From the IMG/VR virus record IMGVR_UViG_3300020215_000677: a stretch of DNA of 20,812 bases; one strand, 5' to 3'. The translations under genes were made by a program, and so were the position numbers. The notes below the pieces were generated by a model, which was given only the letters and a program-made list of their open reading frames with translations, had not been told where the DNA came from and made no database searches. Numbering within the stretch: the stretch's first letter is position 1; the number at the start of each line of letters is the position of its first letter. This DNA is from a virus. Positions 7,663 to 14,904 of the stretch are shown one piece after another.

Positions 7663-9095
7663 GCCGGGGCCTCGCTCCGGTCAAGGATGACGTTAGCGCC
7701 CATGTCGGCCCATAGGTCTATTGAGCCAATCGGGCCTGACCTTTGCTTAGCGAGAATGACTTCAAGCGAATTTGAGCACCTTGCGAGTTGGCAAAGGCGG
7801 TCAGCATCTTCGGCCACGTTCTTGCCGCGCGCTCGCTCAAGGTAGTAGGCGTCACGAAACAGGAATGCGACAACATCAGCGTCTTGCTCGATTGCGCCGG
7901 ACTCTCTCAAGTCCGCCAGCGTTGGGCGCTTGTCGTCGCGCCCTTCAACAGCACGGTTCAACTGAGCGAGCGCGATAAGCGGAATATTCAGCCGCTTTGC
8001 GGCTTCGGCTAGACCGGCGCTTATGTCGGAATATTCCGCAACCCGGCTTTGGGCTCCGGGTGATCTCATCTTGTGGACGTGATCGACAATGACAAGATCC
8101 AGCCCCGAGCCCTTGGCCTTGAGCTTCGCGGCGATCACCCGGGCTCTGGCTTCCAGTTCGGCAGCGCTTAGACCCGGCTCATCTTCGATGATGAGAGGCC
8201 ATGACGCCATTTCCTGCACGGCGCTCGCAAGGTGTCTCCGTTGCTCCGGTAAGATGTTCTTGCCGCGCAAAATGTCCTGATACGTGGGCGAGGCAATGCC
8301 AGGCATCCACACCCGCGCCGAAAGAAAGCGGGGCGTCAAGATGGGCGCTGGCATCTCTAAACTGAAGTAGGCAACGCCGCTGCCCCGGCTTGCCACGTTC
8401 AAGGCGAGCTGCGTTGCCAAGGCAGTCTTGCCCATCGAAGGGCGAGCGCCGATCACAACATATTCGCCGCGCCGAAAGCCGCCCGTCATTTCGTCAAGCT
8501 CGGCCAAGCCCGTCATGACTGCATTAGGATCGGGCGTGCCGGCGCTTAGTTGCTCCAAGCGGCGAAGCGTATCACTGCCGGCCTCTTGCAGCGTGAAGGT
8601 TGTTTTGCGCTCGGCCGTCCCGTCGAATGTGGACATCAAGCCGGTGATATGAGCGGATAGGGACTTGCGAAACTCGCTTGCGTCAGTCTCTTGTGCGGCG
8701 GCTTCTCGCATTTCCTGTGAGGCGCGCATGACCGCTCGTCGGTCGGCAAGGCAGCGGATAAGATCAGCAGTGGCAGGAATGCCAATTCTCGGCCCAGCCG
8801 CACCGACAAGGCGGGCGATGTAATTGAAGCCTCCGACTTCGGCCAATGTCTCGTCATGCTCAAAATGGCTCTTGAGAATGACCGGCGAAACGAATTTGCC
8901 TTCTCCCGATAGCTCTAGAACCTTTTCATATATGCGCGCGTGCAGCCCTTCATAAAATTGCTCGGGCTTCAGCTTGTGAGCGACCAGCGGCCAGCTATCG
9001 GAATAGGCGAGAATGCTCCCTAGTAGGGCCTGTTCCGCCTCAATGTTGTGGGGCAGGGGCTCATACTCTCGGGGCCTTAGCTGAATTACACCCAT
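7659..9095 (-). CDS. dnaB: Replicative DNA helicase, DnaB family
   Basis: N-terminal signature HNIEAEQALLGSIL, Walker A GARPSMGKTALA, and DLVIVDHV / IPLIALAQLNR motifs. ATG 9095 has GGAGGG 8 nt upstream. The ORF-track start at 9134 would overlap the upstream gene. Confidence 0.93.
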   Translation of the reverse strand: MGVIQLRPREYEPLPHNIEAEQALLGSILAYSDSWPLVAHKLKPEQFYEGLHARIYEKVLELSGEGKFVSPVILKSHFEHDETLAEVGGFNYIARLVGAAGPRIGIPATADLIRCLADRRAVMRASQEMREAAAQETDASEFRKSLSAHITGLMSTFDGTAERKTTFTLQEAGSDTLRRLEQLSAGTPDPNAVMTGLAELDEMTGGFRRGEYVVIGARPSMGKTALATQLALNVASRGSGVAYFSLEMPAPILTPRFLSARVWMPGIASPTYQDILRGKNILPEQRRHLASAVQEMASWPLIIEDEPGLSAAELEARARVIAAKLKAKGSGLDLVIVDHVHKMRSPGAQSRVAEYSDISAGLAEAAKRLNIPLIALAQLNRAVEGRDDKRPTLADLRESGAIEQDADVVAFLFRDAYYLERARGKNVAEDADRLCQLARCSNSLEVILAKQRSGPIGSIDLWADMGANVILDRSEAPA

Positions 9096-9096
9096 C

Positions 9097-9402
9097 CTAA
9101 GCGCCCTCCGATCTAGAGGGGCTTTGCTTTTCAAGGTGACCGACTCTCGCCCTTAGATAGGCAATTTCGTTGAGTAGGTGGCGAACGCAATTGCCGGGGT
9201 TGGTGCGGAACGTCACGTCATGCTCAAGATCCAGCAGATGCCCCGCTGTCTGCCGTTGCCGTTCATCGAACTTTAATTGGAACTCAGCTTGAGCTTTTCT
9301 CTCGGCCCTTTCTCTCTCCGCGATTGTGCGCGCTTCGCTGAGTGAATACCCGCGAATTAGAAGCGGATAGAGATGCCTTAACTCGCCAAAGCCTTTGAAC
9401 AT
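9097..9402 (-). CDS. Hypothetical protein, 101 aa
   Basis: ATG 9402 shares one base with the upstream TAA (TAATG, cattag at 9400-9405). The alternative start at 9429 would overlap by 28 nt. Confidence 0.65.
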   Translation of the reverse strand: MFKGFGELRHLYPLLIRGYSLSEARTIAERERAERKAQAEFQLKFDERQRQTAGHLLDLEHDVTFRTNPGNCVRHLLNEIAYLRARVGHLEKQSPSRSEGA

Positions 9403-9782
9403 TAGGCCGCCTCCTGTCGCAGAACGCACCCAGGACGGCCGCTTTCATTTTCGGCACCAGATGACGGCTCATCCTCTAAATCGCCGCCAGCGGCGCGTTC
9501 CACATACCGCCGCAAGTTAATGCCGGCCTGTGTCTCGCTCACCGTCAGCCGGGCAAGCTTTTCAATGTCGCCCTTCAGTCTGGGAAAGCCTCTGGTATTG
9601 TCCCACATCTCGATAGGGCCAGTGATGTTTTGAGCCAGCAAGCAGCGGGCAGCATCAAGCATTGGCTGGCTTGTTCCCTCAAGCAGTAGGGGGCCGTCCG
9701 CGCTGTTCAAATGAACCGCATACCTAGGACCGCGCTTGCCGTGACCTCGTAGGGAAATGAGAATGCGATGGGGGGCGCTCAT
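9402..9782 (-). CDS. Hypothetical protein, 126 aa
   Basis: Internal ATG 9782 makes an ATGA overlap with the stop of the 105-aa ORF (tcat at 9779-9782). The 203-aa version in the ORF track would fully overlap that gene in another frame. Confidence 0.65.
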   Translation of the reverse strand: MSAPHRILISLRGHGKRGPRYAVHLNSADGPLLLEGTSQPMLDAARCLLAQNITGPIEMWDNTRGFPRLKGDIEKLARLTVSETQAGINLRRYVERAAGGDLEDEPSSGAENESGRPGCVLRQEAA

Positions 9783-10096
9783 GCTGCGGCCCTCTTGCCA
9801 TCCTGATCGGATTTGACGACCAGTGAAATTCTTGACCGCAGCACGTATCGGGCGTGATGGCCTGCGAACTGGCCGCCGTGACTTTCGGTGATAGTCTCGA
9901 CGGCGAAGCCCAGCCCGCGCAATTGGTAGACATAGTGGCTCCACCTTGGCGCTGGGTTGTGGTACGGGGTGCAGCCTTCCGGGCCAGCACGGTGCAGCTC
10001 TAACAAAGCCCATGCCGGCCTGCCGTCAATGGTCATGGCCTGCCCATCGGGAAGCACGCGAGCGATGACGGTTAGGGTGTTCTTGCGCTTACCCAT
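9779..10096 (-). CDS. Winged-helix DNA-binding protein (HTH_39-like), 105 aa
   Basis: The pattern ...RPAWALLELHRAGPEGCTPYHNPAPRWSHYVYQLRGLGFAVETITESHGGQFAGHHARYVL matches, from memory, the phage/plasmid winged-helix family that ends in ARY-x-L. Confidence 0.7.
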   Translation of the reverse strand: MGKRKNTLTVIARVLPDGQAMTIDGRPAWALLELHRAGPEGCTPYHNPAPRWSHYVYQLRGLGFAVETITESHGGQFAGHHARYVLRSRISLVVKSDQDGKRAAA

Positions 10097-10223
10097 GGCT
10101 GCGCCCCCAATGATCGGAGACCACGCGGGCGTGAAGCTCAGAGATGATGCAATGCTTGATTAGCCAGCCGATGCGCTCGCCTTCGCGAAGCGCTTGCAGA
10201 GGGGGGAGATTTTTGCTATTCAT
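10089..10223 (-). CDS. Small hypothetical protein, 44 aa
   Basis: ATG 10223 has AAGGTG 6 nt upstream, and the ORF overlaps the next gene by 8 nt. The longer GTG-initiated 72-aa version (to 10307) has no SD. Short ORF, so low confidence. Confidence 0.4.
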   Translation of the reverse strand: MNSKNLPPLQALREGERIGWLIKHCIISELHARVVSDHWGRSHG

Positions 10224-10313
10224 CAATTTCACCTTGTTGAAGTTACGAAATCCGAAATTCGTGCGCCCGGCGAAGCTGCTAACTTCGTCCGGGCGTTTCC
10301 TTTTCACTTTCTG

Positions 10314-10589
10314 TCATGCCATTGGAAGCAACCCCCGTTTTTCCGCTTCGGCTGCTGTCTCTTTCAAGCCCTCAATGAGGGGGCGAAGCGCCGAAAGAGC
10401 GATGACCATTCCTCTGCGCGTATCTTCAGAGCCCTCCATCGCCCGCAAATCCACTTCGCCCCGATCTGGGCCGCGCGGGATTAGCGCGAGGCGAATGTCC
10501 TCGGTCACAGGCTGCTGATAGTGGAGGCCCACGCGGCGGCTTTTTTTCTGCACGTGTGGGATTCGCAATGTGAAGACCGCCCTAGACAT
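10314..10589 (-). CDS. Hypothetical protein, 91 aa
   Basis: TAATG overlap with the xis stop (cattag at 10587-10592). No family recognised. Confidence 0.65.
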   Translation of the reverse strand: MSRAVFTLRIPHVQKKSRRVGLHYQQPVTEDIRLALIPRGPDRGEVDLRAMEGSEDTRRGMVIALSALRPLIEGLKETAAEAEKRGLLPMA

Positions 10590-10801
10590 TAGGCAGCTGC
10601 CCCCGTCTCAAGCGTCGGCAGTGAGCGCAAGTAGCTCTGCACGTCCTCGAAAAGCAGAAGCGTGCGAGCGCCGCACTTCCGCGCTTTCAGTTTGCCGGTC
10701 CCTATTTCCTCGTAGACAGTAGATCGGCACACGCCGATGTACCGTGCCGCCTCCTCGACGGACATTGCGCCGATATTCGGAGTGGCGATTTGTGGGTCCA
10801 T
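10589..10801 (-). CDS. xis: Excisionase/AlpA-type helix-turn-helix DNA-binding protein, 70 aa
   Basis: MSVEEAARYIGVCRSTVYEEIGTGKLKARKCGARTLLLFEDVQSYL is the classic excisionase-family (MerR-superfamily) HTH pattern. GAGGAGA lies 6 nt upstream of the ATG. Confidence 0.85.
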   Translation of the reverse strand: MDPQIATPNIGAMSVEEAARYIGVCRSTVYEEIGTGKLKARKCGARTLLLFEDVQSYLRSLPTLETGAAA

Positions 10802-10926
10802 GCGGGTCTCCTCGCGTTAATTGCTGAGTACCGGCATTTTTCCATTTTAACGGGAGACAATCAACCCTAAAACCTTGAAAACACAGGGTTTTCTGACATT
10901 AAGTCCAATAAGGGTTTCTGTCTGAG
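10802..10926 (-). promoter_or_regulatory. AT-richer intergenic region upstream of xis with repeated AACCCT/AGGGTT half-sites
   Basis: aaccct at 10863-10868 is inverted relative to agggtt at 10885-10890 and 10911-10916 (agggtt(t)tctg occurs twice). On the minus strand there is a candidate TTGATT-N17-AAAAAT promoter. Confidence 0.4.
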
Positions 10927-12111
10927 TTACTGTGCTTTCTGTCCTTTGCGACCAGCAAGGAAACGCTGGCGAACCTTTTCAACGTGGTCCCGCACTGATG
11001 AGCGAGAAGGCGCTGACGACCAATTTTTCTGGCGTTCGCACCATTCCATCATTTCGTTGATGGCCGCTTGCTTATACCAGCCGCCGCCTATCTTCTTTGA
11101 AAAATCCCCCTCGTCTTCAAAACGCTGCAGCAGCACTGCGTCAAATTCATTCCAACGATATTCTTCTGGGCGATGCGCTGGCGGCACGTCTCGGGGCAAT
11201 GTTTGATCGGGCGCGCTGCCTCGTATTTGCCTGAGCCAAGTCTTGAGCGTTGCCGCCGTAATATACACATGGCTCCACTTTTCAGTAGGTGGCAGGTCAA
11301 GGTCTGGCTCGTCAATATCGCTGGGCTTCGGCTTTTTATCAATTGCGTTACCAAGCCAATTCGCCGCGCGCATGTCGCGAAACAGACTGGCGTCTATTTT
11401 CTGCGGTTCTGACTTGCCCGATGCAATGCCGCGTATGTCAATCTGGCCCTTGCTCGCGGCGTGGAAAAGCACGCGCGCAGCAAGGCTTCCTAGCTCATAA
11501 GGCATCGTGGGCGGCCATGCCTTGATAGCATCGGTGTCGTTATCAATATCTGAAAACCGCCCCGCCGCCAGAGCAACAATCGCCTCGGCCAGTGTCACGG
11601 ACTCTTGCCGCTTGGGCATTTCCAAGTCTCGAATGGGAAAGAGCGTGCAGTTGCTCTCACGCTCAAATGCGGCCACTTGCTCGTAAGAAAGCCTCTTGCC
11701 GTGGCTCTGTTCTATGAACCGCTGGACTAGGATAATATTGTTGGCCTTGCGTTCAATAGCCGCAAGGTCGTCAAGAGAAAGCAGGCTGCGCCATGGCTTA
11801 GGGATTTTGACGTCCGATCTAAAGCGCGACGCCCATTTGTGGCTTGGGCTCCTTAAGACACAGGCGCGCTGATAGATAAACCAACCAACCTCAACTAGTC
11901 TTTTATCGGAGATCAGCGCCGGGTCAGGTCCGGGCCTCCACTTCTCACCAGTCTGTTTATTCCAGAAGGCCACAACTGCACGAAAGGCCAGATTGACCTC
12001 GCCGGAGCGCTTTCTCCCTTGAGGAAAGCGGGCGCGGATGGCCCTATCGTAAACCATGCGCCCGATGATGTTTTTTTTCGGGCCGGGCTCGTCAAGCTCG
12101 GGGGTGTTCAT
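10927..12111 (-). CDS. Unknown 394-aa protein, translationally coupled to the integrase
   Basis: Its ATG (12109-12111) shares a base with the integrase TAA (12111-13), giving TAATG. No motif recognised. It contains an A8 run (T8 on plus, 12071-12078) at codons 11-13. Confidence 0.8.
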   Translation of the reverse strand: MNTPELDEPGPKKNIIGRMVYDRAIRARFPQGRKRSGEVNLAFRAVVAFWNKQTGEKWRPGPDPALISDKRLVEVGWFIYQRACVLRSPSHKWASRFRSDVKIPKPWRSLLSLDDLAAIERKANNIILVQRFIEQSHGKRLSYEQVAAFERESNCTLFPIRDLEMPKRQESVTLAEAIVALAAGRFSDIDNDTDAIKAWPPTMPYELGSLAARVLFHAASKGQIDIRGIASGKSEPQKIDASLFRDMRAANWLGNAIDKKPKPSDIDEPDLDLPPTEKWSHVYITAATLKTWLRQIRGSAPDQTLPRDVPPAHRPEEYRWNEFDAVLLQRFEDEGDFSKKIGGGWYKQAAINEMMEWCERQKNWSSAPSRSSVRDHVEKVRQRFLAGRKGQKAQ

Positions 12112-13346
12112 TAGGCGCTGCTTCCCTTCTCACGCGAAAGCTGCACAACATTGCTGGCGGCTTTGGGCTCGATGTAGTTGGCCCAGGCGCTCATGAGCTT
12201 CGCGCGCTTGGCAAGTAGATCGCCGCGCGCATAAGCCCGCTGCGTCTCATCCTCTGTTTTGTGGGCAAGAGCGCGCTCGCAGACTTCATAGGGAAAGCTT
12301 GTCGTCTCGTTGGCCCAATCGCGGAAGGTTGATCGGAAGCCGTGAACCGTGACGTGCTGAAAACCCATGCGGCGCAAGAGCATCAGCATGGACATATCAG
12401 ACATCGGCCGGTTGATTGTGTTGCCGGGAAAGAGATAATCGCCCCAACGGGTTTCCATGAGCTTGCGAATGATCTCGACGGCGCGCGGCGAAAGTGGAAC
12501 GCGGTGTTCCTCTCCCATCTTCATGCGCGCGGCGGGCACGGTCCAAATGTTCTTTGACAAGTCGATTTCGGTGAACTTGCCGTGCAGAACTTCGCTCGTT
12601 CGCAGCGCCGTCAGAATCGTCAGCTCCAAGGCATAGGCCGCAAGCGCGGTGTCAGCTTGCCGATTGCGCAGCTCAGCGATGAACGCCGGCACTTCGCTGT
12701 AGGGCAATGCGGGGTGATGGCGTCGGAGGCCGCGCTTGCGCTTCGGCAGGAGTCCTTTGAGGTTGTCTTTCCAGCGAGCGGGGTTTTCACCCGCGCGGTA
12801 GTTGTGCGACGTGGCGTAGCTCAGGACCGCCTCAAGCCGCCCGCGAAGCCTGCGGCCGGTCTCGGGAACGCGGTCCCAAACGGGGCGCAGCACGGCAAGA
12901 ACGTCCGTTACGCCAATGCTGTCAACCGGCTTGGCGCTCAGTGGAGCGGCCAGCACCTTGAGGGAATAGCGCCATTGATTCGCGTGTTTCTTATTCCGCC
13001 AGCCCCGCTCCATGGTCTTTAGGAACTCATCAACAACCTGGCCCCAGGTGCGCCGCAGATCCGTGGCGCGCTTCGCGGCGTCTCTTGCGGCCTGCGGGTC
13101 ATTACCAGCGGCCAATTCGTTGCGGGCGTCCTGGGCTTTGGTGCGGGCTTGCTGTAGCGTGACGCGGCCGATGGCGGCGGAGCCAAGGCCCAATTCCTTT
13201 TCCTTGCCCTTCCAGCGATAGCGAAACGTCCATTGCCGGGTGCCCGCCTTGGTGATGACCAGATAGAGATTGCCGCCGTCCCCATATCGGCCGGGCTCTT
13301 TAAGAGCTTCAATTTCCTTGACTGTCAGCCTGTTTAGGGCGCGCAT
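12111..13346 (-). CDS. int: Tyrosine recombinase / P4-type phage integrase with DUF4102-like arm-binding N-terminus
   Basis: The N-terminus is LTVKEIEALKEPGRYGDGGNLYLVITKAGTRQWTFRYRWKGKEKELGLG. Catalytic-region motifs are LTALRTSEV (R), HGFRSTFRDWA (H-x-x-R) and ALAH...RAYARGD (H, Y). Confidence 0.93.
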   Translation of the reverse strand: MRALNRLTVKEIEALKEPGRYGDGGNLYLVITKAGTRQWTFRYRWKGKEKELGLGSAAIGRVTLQQARTKAQDARNELAAGNDPQAARDAAKRATDLRRTWGQVVDEFLKTMERGWRNKKHANQWRYSLKVLAAPLSAKPVDSIGVTDVLAVLRPVWDRVPETGRRLRGRLEAVLSYATSHNYRAGENPARWKDNLKGLLPKRKRGLRRHHPALPYSEVPAFIAELRNRQADTALAAYALELTILTALRTSEVLHGKFTEIDLSKNIWTVPAARMKMGEEHRVPLSPRAVEIIRKLMETRWGDYLFPGNTINRPMSDMSMLMLLRRMGFQHVTVHGFRSTFRDWANETTSFPYEVCERALAHKTEDETQRAYARGDLLAKRAKLMSAWANYIEPKAASNVVQLSREKGSSA

Positions 13347-13668
13347 TTGGGAACCTATTCCGGGGCAGCTTTTATCCCCGCAAATATCTTAGCAGGAAAC
13401 GCGGCTGTGCGCGAACATCTGTGAACGCCTGTCAACAGGCGTGGATAGGAAAGGCTTGATAAAAGGCGGGCTTCTGGACGCCTGCGCACAGGGGCAAACG
13501 ATGGTACTCTAGAAGGTGGCGGAGGGGGAGGGAGCCCAAAAATCCCGCCAACGAATTGATAAGGCTGACAGTTCGCTTTTTAGTGCTTGCGCCATCCCCG
13601 CAATTATCCCCGCGACGGGGCTCGCTAGACAGCGCAAAGCATAGCCAAACTTTCCTTGTCTTGACAGG
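13347..13668. other. Putative attP region (core candidate 13517-13533)
   Basis: This non-coding stretch lies directly upstream of int. The minus strand at 13533-13517 reads TCCCTCCCCCTCCGCCA, which corresponds to T-stem 3' half, acceptor 3' strand, discriminator and CCA of a tRNA. It is flanked by ATCCCCGC repeats at 13374-81, 13594-601 and 13606-13. Confidence 0.5.
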
Positions 13669-13713
13669 TTGTCGCATCTCCTAAGACGCCACATATTCCC
13701 GCCAGAGCCGCCC

Positions 13714-14184
13714 ATGCGCAAGCCTCCGAATCGGCCTTCCCTACCGCTTGTTATAGCCGCCGCCTGGTGCGTTGCGACTTCGACGGCAATGGCGGAGCCC
13801 TATACCTACCAGGGGTATCTGGTCCGGGTCATTGACGGCGATTCCATCGTGATCGACGTGCCAGCGTGGCCCGCTCCCTTCCGGCCGGCGCGTGTGCGCA
13901 TTGATGGGGTTAATTCACCCGAAAGCCGACGCGGCGTAGGCGGCGCCGAATGCGAGATTGAACGCAATCTCGGAAAACAGGTGAGCGCCTGGCTGCGGCA
14001 GAAGCTTCCGAAAGGATCTGCGGTCACGCTGGTTTGGGAAGGCAAGCGCGAAAAGTATGGGCGTTTGCTCGGCCGGATCATCATGCCGGACGGTCAGGAC
14101 GCGGCGGCGGCTATTGTGAAGGCTGGCTATGCCGTGAGCTACGATGGCGGCCGGCGCTTAGGCTGGTGCCGGTTCGGGCGCTAA
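13714..14184 (+). CDS. nuc: Secreted thermonuclease (staphylococcal-nuclease/SNase-like) homologue, 156 aa
   Basis: From ATG 13714 there is a signal peptide, MRKPPNRPSLPLVIAAAWCVATSTAMA. SNase-like motifs follow: RVIDGDSIVI, VRIDGVNSPE and EKYGRLLGRI...AAAIVKAGYA. The ORF-track start at 13669 is TTG. Confidence 0.8.
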   Translation: MRKPPNRPSLPLVIAAAWCVATSTAMAEPYTYQGYLVRVIDGDSIVIDVPAWPAPFRPARVRIDGVNSPESRRGVGGAECEIERNLGKQVSAWLRQKLPKGSAVTLVWEGKREKYGRLLGRIIMPDGQDAAAAIVKAGYAVSYDGGRRLGWCRFGR

Positions 14185-14381
14185 GCTTTCCGCTCTTGAC
14201 GGTTCTTCACTTCATAGCCAGCGTCAGCCAGGATTTTAAGTGAGCGTTTGAGCAGCCCCGCTTCGCGGCGTATATCGTCCTCTAGATCAGACTGTGAGAG
14301 AACCCGGCCCAGGCGCTTGTTCTCAGCGTGAACAAAGTTTTCCGCTACAATCCAACTGATAAACTCATGATCCCCGGTCAT
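14181..14381 (-). CDS. Small hypothetical protein, 66 aa
   Basis: Taken from ATG 14381 (MTGDHEF...). The 97-aa version would begin inside the left 40-bp inverted repeat. The ORF converges on nuc and overlaps it by 4 nt. Confidence 0.5.
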   Translation of the reverse strand: MTGDHEFISWIVAENFVHAENKRLGRVLSQSDLEDDIRREAGLLKRSLKILADAGYEVKNRQERKA

Positions 14382-14442
14382 AAGGGACAGGATTTTACTA
14401 GACAGTGGGCAAACTTTCAACTGTCGCGCGTGTTGCCTGGAA

Positions 14443-14482
14443 CTAACAATTGTTGCTGCTGTGCGGCAAGCCAAGGCTTCGA
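14443..14482. repeat. Left 40-bp inverted repeat
   Basis: Verified 40/40 complementary to 15000-15039. The match stops on both sides (a14442 against g15040; c14483 against t14999). Confidence 0.95.
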
Positions 14483-14496
14483 CGCCCCCCCCCGCT

Positions 14497-14904
14497 TTAA
14501 GAACAGGACCGGGTTAGCCGGCGCGGAACGGTCAGCATCCGGCTTGTGAGCCCGCCTTGCGAGTTGACCCATCGCCGGACAGGGGGCGAGAGCTGGCGCA
14601 TATAGAATGCTTTGGCAGCGGCGTTGCCCTTGCCAGCACCCCATGGCGCGTGAACCTTAAACGAGCCGCCCGGGCCAAGGCAGGCCCCGCAGCGGAGCGC
14701 CGCAGCAGCGCAAGCACTCTCGCAAGATGCAAAGACCCGAACGGGTTTAGCCCCGCAGAAGCGCACGATATATTCCAGAACATTGCCGCCCCGGTCGCGG
14801 GCAGTGATGTCGAGCGCAGCAGCAGGGCTTGAGAGAGAAAAGGCGAGGGCGATCAGCGCGGGCAGGAAGCGCCCCCTTGCCCCCGGAACAAGGGGAGCGC
14901 CCAT
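14497..14904 (-). CDS. Passenger ORF inside the IR-bounded segment: exported Cys-rich protein, about 135 aa
   Basis: ATG 14904 has GGGAGA 9 nt upstream (alternative ATG at 14913). The signal-peptide-like N-terminus is MGAPLVPGARGRFLPALIALAFSLSSPAAA. There are six Cys, and ...ASCESACAAAAL...FKVHAPW faintly recalls COG3904-type periplasmic proteins (weak). Confidence 0.55.
   Translation of the reverse strand: MGAPLVPGARGRFLPALIALAFSLSSPAAALDITARDRGGNVLEYIVRFCGAKPVRVFASCESACAAAALRCGACLGPGGSFKVHAPWGAGKGNAAAKAFYMRQLSPPVRRWVNSQGGLTSRMLTVPRRLTRSCS

Noticed and set aside
9402-10013. 203-aa version of the ORF at 9402-10013.
   Set aside because: Its first 77 codons overlap the well-formed winged-helix gene (9779-10096) in another frame and are Arg/Pro-rich. 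The internal ATG at 9782 gives a clean ATGA junction.
10224-10313. Tandem cgaaatc/cgaaatt heptamers and the GTG-initiated 72-aa ORF upstream of the 44-aa ORF.
   Set aside because: There are only two short imperfect copies, which is compatible with chance. The GTG start lacks an SD and lies 6 nt after the previous stop, whereas the internal ATG has AAGGTG.
13432-13721. Small minus-strand ORFs (81 and 70 aa), and the possibility of a complete tRNA gene in the int-upstream region.
   Set aside because: The ORFs have no SD and junk-like composition within a repeat-rich non-coding region. Only the last 17 nt of a tRNA are mimicked. The upstream sequence (gggatttttgggc) cannot form a T-arm with GAGGG/CCCTC, and no D arm or anticodon arm is evident.
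14181-14474. 97-aa version of the small ORF, extending into the left inverted repeat.
   Set aside because: The extension begins inside IR-L and is Arg/Cys/Ser-rich. The internal ATG at 14381 fits the reconstructed pre-insertion gene spacing.
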